Assembly (NCBI GenBank): GCA_951406725.2
Contig: OX597822.1
Coordinates: forward strand, 60,264,001-60,328,000
From: Octopus vulgaris
Taxonomy: Eukaryota
Length of the DNA stretch: 64,000 bases
Direction of reading: 5' to 3'
The notes beneath the pieces are model-generated. The model worked only from the letters and a program-made list of their open reading frames with translations. It did no database searches and was not told the origin of the DNA. How positions within the stretch are numbered: position 1 is the first letter of the stretch; every line of letters starts with the position of its first letter. Positions 13,755 to 27,325 of this stretch are shown here, piece after piece. Made by a program: the position numbers and the translations under genes.

Positions 13755-13950
13755 TGTTGTTGTTTAGATCAAGATCAGCTTTGACTCAGCAGATCTACGA
13801 TCAAAGATATATTTTCATCCATGACCAGCCCATGATTCTCGTGAGTATTATTGACTACATTATCCAGCGTGTCTCTTCCGAGACTATAAGATATAATTTG
13901 AGGGAGATTTGTGTTATTCCTAGCAGGCTGAACAGCGACGTAGAGGTTTT
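13755..13950 (-). repeat. Old degenerate interspersed repeat (family E, SINE-like); related copies near 17830, 32050-32240, 32480-32560, 33160-33362, 37200-37640, 38740-38900 and 59560-59670
   Basis: Recurrent degenerate motif like ATTTGAGGGAGATTTGGCTGCTATTTCTAGCAGG and a terminus like ACCTGGGGCTAAACAACAAC, seen in both orientations. Confidence 0.6.
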
Positions 13951-15292
13951 CTCGGCGTGCATGCAAACGCGTATGTACGTATATTTGAATACATGCAGGC
14001 ACATATGTATTTATGTATGTATGTGTATTTACAGAGCTTTTGTATTAGTTTTGATATATCAATTGATATTTGCTATCATAATATTTTCATTGAAGAAATG
14101 AGAAAATAAGAGCAGTTGGTATGGAGGAAGAAGTGAATTTCTGGTGAGCCTAATCAAGCTATCTGGTTTCAACTCCCTGCTGTGCCTATTTTATTTTACT
14201 TAGGTCACCAATGCCTATAGAAATATTTAAGCGTTCCAGTATTTCGTATCTGCCCTAATATTTTATGTTTATGTTGGAAATCAATACAAAACTATGAGAA
14301 TACCTCGTACAAAGGCAGATATATATACCTCTCATAGTAACTACACGTTCTTCTGTAAAAGCGTATGGAAGAACTGCATGCGTATGCATGTATGTATGCA
14401 CGTCTTATGATTGTATGTATATATGTATATACGTATGTGTGCGTGTGCAAGCATGCGCGCGCGTGCTTATGTGTACATGAATGCGTGTATCTATGCATGA
14501 TACATGTATATATGTATATATATATGAACGCATGTATTTATGTATGATAGATGTATACTTGAAAATTGTGCATATGCATATTTGTATGTAAGTTCGCTTC
14601 TTTAATTCTTTGAAATATTCCGGGAAATAAGGGAATAGTTTCTAACAAAGAAACAAAGTTCCATTGCTGTGTTTAGATAATAATAATATATAGTCACTAG
14701 TTGAATAAAACTGTTTGTATGTTTTCAGTCTTCCTCTTACAGACTGAACTCGCAGGGGACATAGGAGCTGATCACTTTCCTTGCCTGAAAATCCCAGATT
14801 TTCGGGATTACTGCTTAAACTATATACAAATATATAATCTATATTCTGGTCTTATTTTTCAAATCTCTCTTCAAACGGAGGTAGTGAACTCAAATCCAGA
14901 AGCTAAATTTTATCCTTGTTAGAATTTAGACATCAACGAAATTGCCATTTATGCATTTATGTCATGCATGGATGCACGCTAGCAAAGTAACATGCAGCTG
15001 TGTATGCCTGTGTACATGGATATGCATACGTATGTATACATGCCTATATATATTTGCACACATATTGCACGCGTTTGAATCTAAGAAGCTTTCTTCCCAA
15101 CCATATGGTTGCGGGTTCAGTCCCACTGCATGGCACATTGGGCAAGTGTCTTCTACTATAGCCTTGGGCCGAATAAAATATTGAGAGTGGATTTAGTAGA
15201 GGGAAACTGAAAGAAACCCGTCGGATATATATCAAAAATGGGGAAGTTTGTGTATCTGTTTGTTCTCCCGCCAGTATTTTTACATGTAGTTA

Positions 15293-15464
15293 GATATATG
15301 TCCGGTCACAGAGTGACCAATGGTTTCGCATCCATAAGGCGCCTAGCTATCTAAACGACTCGTCAAACTTCAATGGCCGCGGCCATTGGAGTCTCATGAG
15401 TCGTCTATAAACCTAGGCGCTTTATGGATTCGAAACTATTGGTCACTCTTTGACACGACATATC
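15293..15464. repeat. About 172-bp spacer-less imperfect palindrome (hairpin MITE-like)
   Basis: Centre CAATGGCCGCGGCCATTG (15371-15388) is a perfect palindrome; arms pair out to GATAT..GTC and GACATATC. Confidence 0.85.
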
Positions 15465-15483
15465 ACGTTATCACATGATATGT

Positions 15484-15528
<45 letters not shown>

Positions 15529-15675
15529 AAAAGCAATAAAGATTCAAGTTAATTTAAATGAATTTACTTGAATATGGTACCTAACTTAGATGCACCAAAA
15601 AAAACTATACTGTTTTAACAATACAATAATGTGGGGTGATTATAAGCGAGAAAGAAGCAACAAGAATGGATAGGT

Positions 15676-15766
15676 TTTTAGTACAATCGTTTCATACAAG
15701 GACAGGCTTTATTAAAAGTTGCAAAAATTACAGCATATAAACGTGTCCTGTACTCATCAGCTAAAA
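15676..15766 (-). ncRNA. Type I hammerhead ribozyme motif (inverted copy)
   Basis: Reverse complement of 15986-16076. Confidence 0.8.
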
Positions 15767-15985
15767 TACATGTGAGTTCTCTAGACATCCTATTGGTTGA
15801 GGCTATACTCATGAAGTAGATAATTAAGTAACATAAACAGATTTCCAAAGTTCATTAAAGTTCTATAAAGATGATGTACAGTCTTATCACAGAATTTTAA
15901 AAACGTTTTAACAGCATCACAGAGAAGGTGACCTAATCCATGAGTATAGCCTCAACCAATAGGATGTCTAGAGAACTCACATGTA

Positions 15986-16076
15986 TTTTAGCTGATGAGT
16001 ACAGGACACGTTTATATGCTGTAATTTTTGCAACTTTTAATAAAGCCTGTCCTTGTATGAAACGATTGTACTAAAA
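15986..16076 (+). ncRNA. Type I hammerhead ribozyme motif with large loop II
   Basis: Stem I TTTTAG/CTAAAA; CTGATGA 15992-15998; stem II GTACAGGACA/TGTCCTTGTAT; GAAA 16059-16062; near-palindromic ACGATTGT; predicted GUA cleavage after 16070. Confidence 0.82.
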
Positions 16077-16106
16077 ACCTATCCATTCTTGTTGCTTCTT
16101 TCTCGC

Positions 16107-16143
<37 letters not shown>

Positions 16144-16809
16144 GACGTATGTGTATGTGTGAGTGTGTGTGTACTATGCTACGGGAGTTTAAACTTCTGG
16201 AATATTTTACATATATTTACATTTCCACTAACGCTAATGTCTTCTAATTGTAATTTTCAAATTAGATGTGCTTTTATGGTTTTGTGATGTCTAACTTCTA
16301 TAGACTGTAGCCGAAGCAATGTGCTACATAATCAAGTTTACCAATAATTACAGGTAGAGATCTATCTGTGGGTTTAAAGCAAGTTGATAATGATTTAGCT
16401 CTTGTAATTTTCTACCATAAAAAAAACTTTTCATTTATCAATTATATTTCCATAGTTTGTTGATTTGTGTTTGTGTGTATGTGTGTGTGCGTGCACGCGC
16501 GCGCGTGTGTGCGAGTTTTTGTACTTTTAGAGAGAGGTTATCTATTTCAGATGCGTGATCGCTTTTTCTCCAGTCTATTGAAAAATGCTCATTGCAACAC
16601 GGCAAAATGTTTCAATTTACTCCAGACGTATTTTCTTTAGTAACTTGATTGTAGATTCTTTATCAAGTTGTGTGCAATTGTTCGTTCGTTTAGTGGATTG
16701 TTGGTGTAAAATAGAGGCATTCACCTCCATCAGAATTCAACTTTGTACTTAATTAAAATTACCAGTTCTTTACCTTTTAAATGGTTTTATTCGTTGAACT
16801 GAATTCATT

Positions 16810-17300
16810 TTCTATCAGTTTTGTTTTCGCCTTATGACTGGAAGTTGATCTATGATCGAGTTTGAAGAAGCTGATCTTTCTTGAATGTATCCTTGAATAT
16901 TTGTCTGACTCGGTCCCATCGTTACGAATTTATCCAATCTTTTGAATCTTTCAATAGAGGCTCCTTTTATATTTTTGATTTCTTTGGGTAAGCAGTTGAA
17001 CAACTGAGGACCTCTGAATATCAAACTGGTACAATAGTGCTTATGCTCATGATTTCGAAGGAGGTATATTTGGAAGCTGACATTATATACCAGTTCATGC
17101 ATTAAAGTTTTCTCTAATGCCGAAGTTTATAATAGTATATCTCTCTTCGGTGTTCAAAAGAGTAGAAACAGAGTTGTCAGACGTTCCCAGGAAGTTATTT
17201 TTCTAATGAACGTTCCTTCACTTTCTTCTATGAGAGCGGGTGAGTTTGGAGACCAAAGCTGTGAGCATTATCTAATCATCTCAGAATAAAGATTTTCCAT
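16810..17300 (-). mobile_element. Old CR1-group LINE 3' fragment
   Basis: [19 protein letters not shown]...ASSNSIIDQL matches the C-terminus of the 271-1488 protein; a decayed CSQLWSP-like motif lies upstream. Confidence 0.8.
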
Positions 17301-17929
17301 AAAGTTTGTACAACTACCAATTGATCGATACACATAAGTACGTATTTAGAGGGCATCAATGAGGGAACCACATATATTTTTTTCTATTTCAGAGTTATGA
17401 TGGGGAAAATTATAATTTATAAATTTACTTTTTTATGGATGTGGTGAAATTTAGCCTTTTTTTCCTGTTGTCCAATTATAAGAAATTAGCTTATATTGTT
17501 TCCTCTATATTGTGTTAAATAAATAAACTGAAATAACGGGTTATGTTTAATATAGATGTTGAATAAACAAACTAAAATAACAGATTATGTTTAATATACT
17601 TGTGATGTCTGACCAAGGGGAGGACTTGAAAGAAAACAATTTTCAATCTATTATTTCACCGAACTTATTTCTTTATGCGTTGTCAGTTGTTATACAACGG
17701 ATGAACCGACGGTACACTCATTGTTGACTGCTTAATAGTATAAGTTGGGCGTTCCAGATAAGGTTGTCCCATATTTTTTGCAGACAGTTCGTCTAGAACT
17801 ACACAACCAAAAGGTTCTTTTTCCCTTTCAAAGTAGTACGATGCGATTTGAGGGAGATTTGAGTGCTACGCAGTTCAAGTAACCACATAGGGAATTGCTG
17901 GATGACACGCTCGCAGCGGCGTTTGGTAT

Positions 17930-17972
<43 letters not shown>

Positions 17973-17973
<1 letters not shown>

Positions 17974-18819
17974 TGGGTCATCCCATAAATATTGTGTTTT
18001 TTTCAATTACATGAACTAAAAGTCGGAGGGGGACGGGATAAACTACTTGCATCAACTTGCTATAAAAGTAGGTAGTAATTTTACCTTATACTTTTGAAGA
18101 GTACAGTTCAATTTTAACAGTTATTTTTTTTAAAAGCTATAATGGCAGTAACAAAGGAACATATTCAGCCTGTTTTGCTTTAAGAGCTCAATAAAGGCAA
18201 CAAGTGCAAGAAATATTAATACAGTATATGGGGATCGGACAATGAACATAAGTCAGTGTCAACGGTGGTTTCAGAAATTCCGAGCCGGAAACTACAGCCT
18301 AGAAGACGAGCGTCGTCCTGGAAGATCTGTAGAGCTCGACGAGGATGTCCTGCAAACCCTGGTGGAACAAAATCTCATCGTAACTATTGAGGAACTAGCA
18401 GAGGAGCTTAGATTTAGTCATTCAACCATTCATTTACACTTGTGTGCCCTCGGAAAACGACCATCTTAGGTTTCAAGACGAAAGGTATTCTTCCATTAGG
18501 ATAATGCTCGGCCACATACAGCGAGGAGGACATTTCAAAGCTGGAAAACGGTGCCAACCCACCATATTCGCCGGACATTGCTCCATCTGATTATCATTTA
18601 TTCCGCAGTCTTCAAAATCATTTGGACGGACAAAATATGAATTCTGTGGACGAGGTCTGAACAGTACTGGAGGAGTATTTTCCGTTACCAGATAGATGAA
18701 AGAGTATTGTAGAAAATGAAAGGGAGAATATAATTTAGATTTAAAAAAAGAAGTTTGTGCATCTTAATTTTGAAAAATAAAAGAAGTATAAAAAGAAACA
18801 CATTTTTACGGGATGACCC

Positions 18820-18820
<1 letters not shown>
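17973..18820 (+). mobile_element. Internally deleted mariner (third family)
   Basis: TIRs TTGGGTCATCCCATAAA and TTTACGGGATGACCCA with TA flanks; QCQRWFQKFRAGNYSLEDERRPGR, DNARPH and PPYSPDIAPSDYHLFRSLQN motifs. Confidence 0.92.
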
Positions 18821-18868
<48 letters not shown>

Positions 18869-19534
18869 CGTATGTATCCATGTAAGTATGTATGTATTGT
18901 ATACGCACACACACACAACATAGATAAATACAAGTATATCAAATACCATAAAACGAATTTTGATTTATTAAGATTATCATTGTCTCTAAAGTATGTACCA
19001 TAATAACCAAATGGTAACTAAGATCAACCCCACTTCAGAAGGGTGATAATTTCAAGAGTCAAGAATTTTCTCAAGTTGACAAGCCATAAAAGAAAAGAAC
19101 AGGATTATTCTTGTAAGTCGTCATCAACGTGACAGTTATCCAACCGTATTCCCAGACTTAAAGAGTAGAAGACATTTATAATTTTTAAATAAAATCAGTT
19201 AAGAAGAATAACTTAGAGCGGTCAGTCGCATGTATTGAACAACATAGACAAATTCAGATCTACTTACCATTTGTTAACATTATCTCTGTTTCTAGTGAAA
19301 GTGGCGCTATTACGAAGTGGCAATGAAGATCAGTTGCACATGAGGCGCGGGAGATAATCTTATGAGTCAAGACTTCTCCAATTCTTAGCTGGTCTTAATT
19401 GCCACTTGACAATTATGACTCATTCTCTTGAAGCGGAGATAACTTTAATAAATCGAGAATCTGTTGTATGGTACTTAATATTCATGTATTAGTCTATGTT
19501 GTACACACACACACGTACATATAAAATGTAAGTA

Positions 19535-19633
<99 letters not shown>

Positions 19634-19639
19634 TGTGTG

Positions 19640-20110
19640 TGCAGGAGTGGCTGCGTGGTAAGAAGCATGCTTCTCAACCACATAGTTCCGGGTTCAGTGT
19701 TCCACTGCATGGTACCTTAGGCAAGTTTCTTCTGCTATAGCCTCGGGCCGAATAAAGCCTTGTGAGTGGATTTGGCAGTCGGAACTGAAAGAAGCCCTTC
19801 GTATATATATACATATATATATAGTTAATCCAAACATGAAAACACCAAGAGAAAACACAACAACGCGAGGACGTGGAACAAATATAGTATTATTGGATGC
19901 TCAGGAAGGAAGTTCCCCCGCCATCGCTTGACTCTCATGTAAGTGTGTTTACACTCCTGTAACTTAGCGGTTCAGCAACAGAGGCCGATAGAATAAGTAC
20001 TAGGCTTACAAAGAATATGCCCTGGGGTCGATTTTTTCGACGAAAGGCGGTGCTCCAGTATGGCCGCAGTCAAATGACTGAAACAAGTAAAATAATAAAA
20101 GAAGAAAAGA
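19640..20110 (+). mobile_element. SINE family A with an insertion (about 19823-19912) in its internal (TA)n
   Basis: Head GCAGGAGTGGCTGCGTGG and standard tail; the inserted piece matches 36016-36110. Confidence 0.85.
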
Positions 20111-20843
20111 ACATATATGTGTTCATGTCACAGATGAGCATAGCAGATGATACAGGCAGTGCCATGTAAGCAAGCAGCATAGATGCAAAGATTAGAGAAC
20201 CTTAAATCACGTACTAGACTCTTAACATAACGGGAAGACATCACGAGATGGTTATATGTAAAGAGCTCCAATAGTATCAATGCAGTACTGCTGTTCTTGA
20301 TATCCAAATGTATCTGCTGGTGGGTTGAAATACATTTTGGACGAATGCACAAGGGTGAAACTAGTGCTGGTATGATTCTTGAACAAATTAAGTGCGAAAT
20401 TTGTCACGAAAATTATAATGCAAAATCAGAGTCAGGTAAGTAAACTTAGAGCCCATGGCAGAGGTACTATGAAGCATGTTACAAGTTTACGCACATGCAT
20501 ATAAATGTGTGTATGCTTGTGTGTGTGTGAGCGTGCGCCGGCGCGTGCTTGTAATTATGTGTCTGCATGTATGTGTGCATGTATTTATGACTGTATATAT
20601 GTAGTTGTGTGTGCGCGTACGCGCAGGTGTCTAAATAAACATTACGAAGAACAACACGAAAAGAATACAGTTTGACACTACGGTGTTTAAAGTGTCGCTA
20701 GAGAAAGAGGGTTACTTAATATTTCGGACGTTACTCCTTTATCAGAAGAAATGAAAGATAAAAGGATAGGGATAGTGACATATCAAGACATTGGCGCTTA
20801 AATCTGGAACAAAGCAAGAATGGAAGGTGTTTGCTTCTTTTAA

Positions 20844-21065
20844 TCATTTTGTTACCATATTTCTTTTGAGATGCTCTATGTTTCTTTCAATTAATTTTAA
20901 ATATAACAAAGAATTTAGTAAAATAACTTAGTTATTATTAAACTAATGTGAGGAACATAAATTGTGACTAAGGTTTGGTGGAAGCTTTTAATTCAGAACT
21001 TTTGAAAACAAAACATTTGTACTACAGAGTCAGAGGCAGTTTCAGGCTGGTTGGTATCAAAAGGG
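20844..21065. mobile_element. piggyBac-like MITE
   Basis: TTAA then TCATTTTGTTACCA ... TGGTATCAAAAGGG then TTAT: degenerate CCCTT-type TIR with a TTAA-type target. Confidence 0.6.
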
Positions 21066-21610
21066 TTATGTCCTCAAAGCACCAAATCTCTACGTATCAG
21101 TCTCTTCAATAGCTCCACCCAACCCTAGGTGCGCTGTTATTTGCAAATGTATCACAGACAATTGCGAAGGAGTGAAATAAGTGACTTGCTATGATACCCA
21201 GATTCCATGGGAATATCCATTCTGGGAATATCATAGTGGTAGCATATTCGAAACGAAGTAATCCAAGAACGGATTGAAATTCGTTCTGGAATTACTTCGT
21301 AATCAGGAAATACCGAAAACGGACCAGATATTTTGCAAGATGGACCCGTGCAGTTGACATAGAAAGAGACCACTTGGTAGGCTTGCTAAACGATAGTCAA
21401 ACAATTTTTGTATGGCGTCCCTATGACTTAACAAAGATTCTCTCAGGACTAAAATCTAAGACCTTGGAAGTTTGATAAGCATAAGATGCGAAACCGTTAC
21501 TCCCAGTTTATTATATAATGTGGTAATACAACTCTTTGTTTCAATATGATCTTAATATTAGCGTAAATTTTATTATACAAACATCCTGTGTGCTTTTACA
21601 TATTTCTCTT

Positions 21611-21670
<60 letters not shown>

Positions 21671-21681
21671 TATACATCCAT

Positions 21682-21744
<63 letters not shown>

Positions 21745-21784
21745 CGGATGTATGTATATATGTATGTTTGTAAGTATTCGCCTT

Positions 21785-22160
21785 TTATTTGAGTCAGTCA
21801 CTGGACTGCGATCATGCTGGGACAGGCACTGCCTTGAAGGTTTAGCCGAGCAACTCGCCTCCAGTACTTGATTTTTTTTAAAACCTGGTACTTAGTCTAT
21901 CGGTCCCTTTTGCCAACCAAACCAGTAAGTTACGGGGACGTAAGCAAACCAACATCAGTTGTCAGGCGGTGGAGGGCACAAACACGATGACATTCGCACG
22001 CATAGACACACATACACGCACACACGCACACACGCACACACACACATACACACACATACACACACGCACGCACGCACACACATACACACACATGGGACAG
22101 ATTTCTTTCAGTTTCCGTCAAGCAAATTCATCTACGAGGCTTCAGTCGGCCCGAAGCTAT
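21785..22160 (-). mobile_element. SINE family A, 5'-truncated and diverged
   Basis: Tail and body motifs AAGTTACGGGGACGTAA and TTCTTTCAGTTTCCGTC. Confidence 0.75.
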
Positions 22161-22284
22161 AATGTCTCTTTAGTACTTAGGTGCATGCGCATGCGCACTT
22201 GCGTGGTATGTCAGTGCATGATTACTTCTGACATCTGTCAGAACTAAATGTGCGCATATGTTTATTTAAATAATCTATCCCAGC

Positions 22285-23065
22285 TACAAAGTTCCGGGTT
22301 CTGTCCCATTGCGTGGCACCCCGAGCAAGTGTCTTCTACTAAAGCCTCGGGACGAAAAAAGCCCTGAGTGGATTTGGTAGATAAAAACTAAAAGAATCCC
22401 GTCATATGTGTGAATGTGTGTGTGTGTGTGTACACGTATGTATGTATATGTGTGGAGGCGCAATGGCCCAGTGGTTAGGGCAGCGGACTCGCGGTCGTAG
22501 GATCGCGGTTTCGATTCCCAGACCGGGCGTTGTGAGTGTTTATTGAGCGAAAACATCTAAAGCTCCACGAGGCTCCGGCAGGGATGGTGGTGATCCCTGC
22601 TGTACTCTTTCACCACAACTTTCTCTCACTCTTACTTCCTGTTTCTGTTGTACCTGTATTTCAAAGGGCCGGCCTGGTCACTCTCTGTGTCACGCTGAAT
22701 ATCTCTGAGAACAACGTTAAGGGTACACGTGTCTGTGGAGTACTCAGCCACTTGCACGTTAATTTCACGAGTAGGCTGTTCCGTTGATCGGATCAACCGG
22801 AACCCTCATCGTCGTAACCGACGGAGTGCTTCCACACTATGTATATGTGTGTGTGTGTTTGTCCCCACCGCTTAACAACTGGTGTTGGTTTGTTTTCGTC
22901 CCTGTTTCTTAGAGGTTCGGCAAAAAAAAAAGAGAATAATAAAATAAGTACCTGGCTTGAAAGAAAAAATACGTAGTGGGGTCGATTCATTTGGCTAAAA
23001 GTTCTTCAAGGTGATACCCCCAGCATGGCCGCAGTCTAATGACTAAAACAGATAAAACATGAAAC
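22285..23065 (+). mobile_element. SINE family A split by a family C SINE inserted in its microsatellite
   Basis: Head half at 22285-22405, tail half at 22845-23065. Confidence 0.75.
22454..22834 (+). mobile_element. SINE family C (tRNA-derived), full length
   Basis: Head GGAGGCGCAATGGCCCAGTGGTTAGGG with A box and B box GTTTCGATTCC; further copies at 23105-23487, 27472 and 34786. Confidence 0.88.
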
Positions 23066-23104
23066 ATTTTATGACAGAGAAATAGGGAGAGGTGGGGAGA
23101 GTGG

Positions 23105-23487
23105 TGGAACTCCGTCGGTTACGACGACGAGTGTTCCAGTTGATTGATTCGATCAACGGAACAGCCTGTTCGTGAAATTAACGTGCAAGTGGCTCAGTAC
23201 TCCACAGACACGTGTACCCTTAACGTAGTTCTCAAGGAGATTCAGCGTGACACATAATGCGACAAGACTGGCCCTTTGAAATGCATGTACAACAGCAGCA
23301 GGAAGAAGGAGTGAGAGAAAGTTGTGGTGAGAGAGTACAGCAGGGTTCACCACCACCCGCTGCCGGAGCCTCGTGGAGGTTTAGGTGTTTTCGCTCAATA
23401 AACACTCACAACGCTCGGTCTGCGAATCGAAACCGCGATCCTAAGACCGCGAGTCCGCTGCCCTAACCACTGGGCCATTGCGCCTAC
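23105..23487 (-). mobile_element. SINE family C, full length, inverted relative to the 22454 copy
   Basis: Reverse-complement match over about 380 bp. Confidence 0.88.
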
Positions 23488-24218
23488 ACAAGGTGGGGGA
23501 TGGTATACAAATACAAAAAGAACTAAATGCGCATAGAAATACGCAAGCACACACAGGAACACCTACACCACCCACCACACTCAAACACAATGCTGCACAG
23601 ACATAGGGACAGACAGACATTCAGACAGGCAGACAGGGGTGGTAATGAGTGGTGTTCGTAATGAGAAGAATTTCAAATGTTTATGATGTGTTACGAACAT
23701 CCGTCTTTTCTACTCTAGTTTTTACTTAATAGTTTATCTGTAGAATGTCTGAAAGTGAATGAAGTAGCTCAGAAATACACATTACTTAAACACATAGGCA
23801 AATGTATGTATGTATGTGTACATACATACATACATATGTGTACATACATACATACATACATACATACATACATACATACATACATACATACATACATACA
23901 TAAATATATACATATATACATACATATACATATATACACATATAGTGTGTGTATATTTGTATGTCTGTATATGTTTGTGTGGTTGTGTTTATATAAGCAT
24001 ACACAAGTACCTATATATATATACATAATAATAATAATATTAGGGAATAAATCCAAACTTACAGGGAAAAATTAGATTTAGGATTAAATCCAATTTTATA
24101 GTATAAATATATTATATTATATTATATTAAATTAGAGATAAAACCACTATTAGGCAAATCATACAATGAAAAACTTAAGCCAATACATAAGATTGATTTA
24201 AAAATATAAAAGTTAAAA

Positions 24219-24274
<56 letters not shown>

Positions 24275-24650
24275 CTGGTTTTGTTTTGTTGTTTATTTTT
24301 TATACTTTATTTTTACCGTTATTGTTTTTACGTTTTTGTATTCTTATTGTTGTCACGTATTCTGTATTTTTGTTCGTGTACTTCGTTCGTTTTCCGTCCT
24401 CGTGTTGTATACATTCGAAGCTTTCTTCCAGGGGATCTAATGCACTTGGCTTAGATTTCCCGTGGCGGGCTGCCCATATCGGAGCAATCTCAAGATTAAT
24501 CAGCCGAAATTGCTAAGATGATCTGGTTCTTGACTGATGACTGAGGGCTTCGAATGTCCCGTCCTGTGGTTCTTGTGTCGTCTCTGTGGCGTTTCATGTT
24601 CTTGTCCATGTCTGTAATTATTTTTACTGTTTACCTATATATATATATAT

Positions 24651-24708
<58 letters not shown>

Positions 24709-24745
24709 GTATATATATATATATATACATACATACATACATACA

Positions 24746-24781
<36 letters not shown>

Positions 24782-25162
24782 TACATATGTATATATATAT
24801 ACACACACACACCAACGTTTCCATACAAGTACCAATATTTGTAATGCTTAAAAACACTCAAGTGAATATACATTCATAAATACATAAATTTTCATGTTTT
24901 TTTCCATGCGTACATATGTATATACATACGCATGCTCACACATGTGTATGTATATGTATGCGTTATATATATATATATATATATATATGTTTCTTTATTA
25001 GCCACACAGGGCTACACACAGATAGAACAAATTACAAGGTAGAGCTTTTCTTTTGGGGGAAAAAAAAGGGGGGGTATGTATATATATATATATATATATA
25101 TATACATAAAATGTATTTATGTATATATGTGTGTTTGTGTGTGTGTGTATGTATACTTTTTA

Positions 25163-25392
25163 TTCTTTTATCTCACTTGTTTCAGCTATTAGACTGCGAC
25201 CATGCTGGAGTAACAACTTTAGCCGAATAAATCGACCCCAGGACTTATTTTTTGTAAGCCTAGTACTTATTCTATCGTTATCTTTTGCCGAACTGCTGAG
25301 TTACGGAGACGTAAATACACCAACATCGGTTGTCAAGCGATGGTAGGGGATAAACACAGACATGCGACTACACACACGAACACACACACACA

Positions 25393-25423
<31 letters not shown>

Positions 25424-25589
25424 TTATTTATGTATATATACACACACATACGTATATACGACGGGCTTCTTTCAGTTTCCGATTACCAAATACACTCACA
25501 AGGCTTTGGTTGGCCCGAGGCTTTAGGCCCAAGGTGACACGCAATGGGACTGAACCCGGCACCATATGGCTTCTTACTACACAGCCACT

Positions 25590-25623
<34 letters not shown>

Positions 25624-25729
25624 GGAGTAAACACATAAATGTGAAACAAGGTGTAAAAAAGAGTACTCAAATACCAGTGGTAGAGTAATATGCTTTATTC
25701 AAAGCAGCAGAAAATTCAACAAAACCTGT

Positions 25730-25807
<78 letters not shown>

Positions 25808-26825
25808 TTATTGCTTCAGTCATTTGACTCTGGCTATGCTGGAGCGCCGCCTCAACGAATTTTTTACTCGAATGAATCGCCCCCAGGACTTATTTTTTAA
25901 CTCTAGTACGTATTATATCGGTGCCTTAAGCCGAACCGCTAAGTTCCACAAACAAACCAACACCAGTTATTAAGCGGTGTTGGGGGTGGGGAGGTCAACA
26001 CACATACATGCGTGGCAGACATCTTTCAGTTTCCGTCTACCAAATTCACTCACAACGCTTTGTTGACTCGAGGCTTTAGTAGAGGACACTTGCCGAAGGT
26101 GCCACGCAGGGGAACTGAACCCGGAACCATGTGGCTGGGAAGCAAGCTTCTTACCACACAGCCACATATACATTCTCTCTCAATCTCTTTCCTTTGAATA
26201 TGCATCAATCATATATACATATGTATATTCTTCAATCTTTTCATTCGCTCCAGCCATTAGGATGCAATTATGGCTTGGCTACCGTTTCCAAGGTTTTTGT
26301 CAGTTATATCGATCTACTATTCAGGTACTCATTTTATCGATTTTTATTTACCTGTTAAGTTACCAGCTTTAAGGGACATAAGTCTCTTTTATTTGCATAT
26401 TTCTATTGAAAAAAGTCTAAATGTCCTATTGCCCAACGAATCTTACACAGGCGAAACTTCGAAGTGTCAGAGTGTTATATATAGTATATTACTCTATTAC
26501 TCTAGTGTAACGTTGAAAAAAAAATTTCAATATGATGTTTGACTACTTTGATATATAACTCTTAGATAAAAACAATGATATGAATAAATAAATAAATAAA
26601 GAAGAGAGAGACAGACAGAGACAGAGACAGAGAGATTATCTTTTATCTTTTACTTATTTCAATCAGGAGACTGCAGCCACCCTGGGACATCGCCTTGAAG
26701 AATTATATTTGAAGGAATCGAACCCAGTACATTTGTTACAGTCTAGTGCTTATTCTATCGGTCTCTTTTGGCGAACCACTTGATTACGCAGACTGAAACA
26801 CACCAACACCGGTTGTCAAGCAATA

Positions 26826-26914
<89 letters not shown>

Positions 26915-27229
26915 CATACATACATACATATATATATGTAAATATATATATATGAGTATATATATGTATGTGTATATATAAATATATATATATATACTCT
27001 TTTATTCTTTTACTTGTTTCAGTCATTTGACTGTGACCATGCTGGAGCACCTCCTCTAGTCGAATAAATCGTCTCCAGGATTTATTCTTTGTAAGCCCAG
27101 TATTTATTCTGCCGGTTTTATTATTTTTTTGCCGAATCGCTAAGTTACAGGGACGTAAACACAACATCGGTTGTCAAACGATCGTAGGGTGGGAGGACAA
27201 ACAGATACACCAACATAAATATATATGTG

Positions 27230-27287
<58 letters not shown>

Positions 27288-27325
27288 AGAGGCTTCTTTC
27301 ATTTTCCGTCCACCAAATCCACTCA
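25163..27325 (-). mobile_element. Cluster of four same-strand family A SINE copies or fragments (about 25163-25592, 25808-26165, 26637-26822, 26996-27325)
   Basis: Repeated TTGTTTCAGTCATTTGACTG..CATGCTGGAG tails and CTTTCAGTTTCCG bodies. Confidence 0.82.

Larger units (their letters stand above)
15527..16106. mobile_element. Penelope-type pseudo-LTR remnant in (TA)n with a 168-bp inverted repeat
   Basis: Arms 15646-15813 and 15939-16106 read as exact reverse complements; each has a hammerhead motif; (TA)n on both flanks. Confidence 0.75.

Noticed and set aside
20715-20748. Active hammerhead on the minus strand (CTT-CTGATAA-A-GGA..TCC-GAAA-TATT-AAG)
   Set aside because: The layout fits, but the C3.A8 mismatch predicts inactivity; counted only as a decayed relic.
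24270-24635. (TA)n-embedded insert with CTGATGA, CCGAAA and a CATTCGAAGC/GCTTCGAATG inverted repeat as a hammerhead
   Set aside because: Motif order and pairing do not give a consistent fold; probably a repeat fragment, class not determined.
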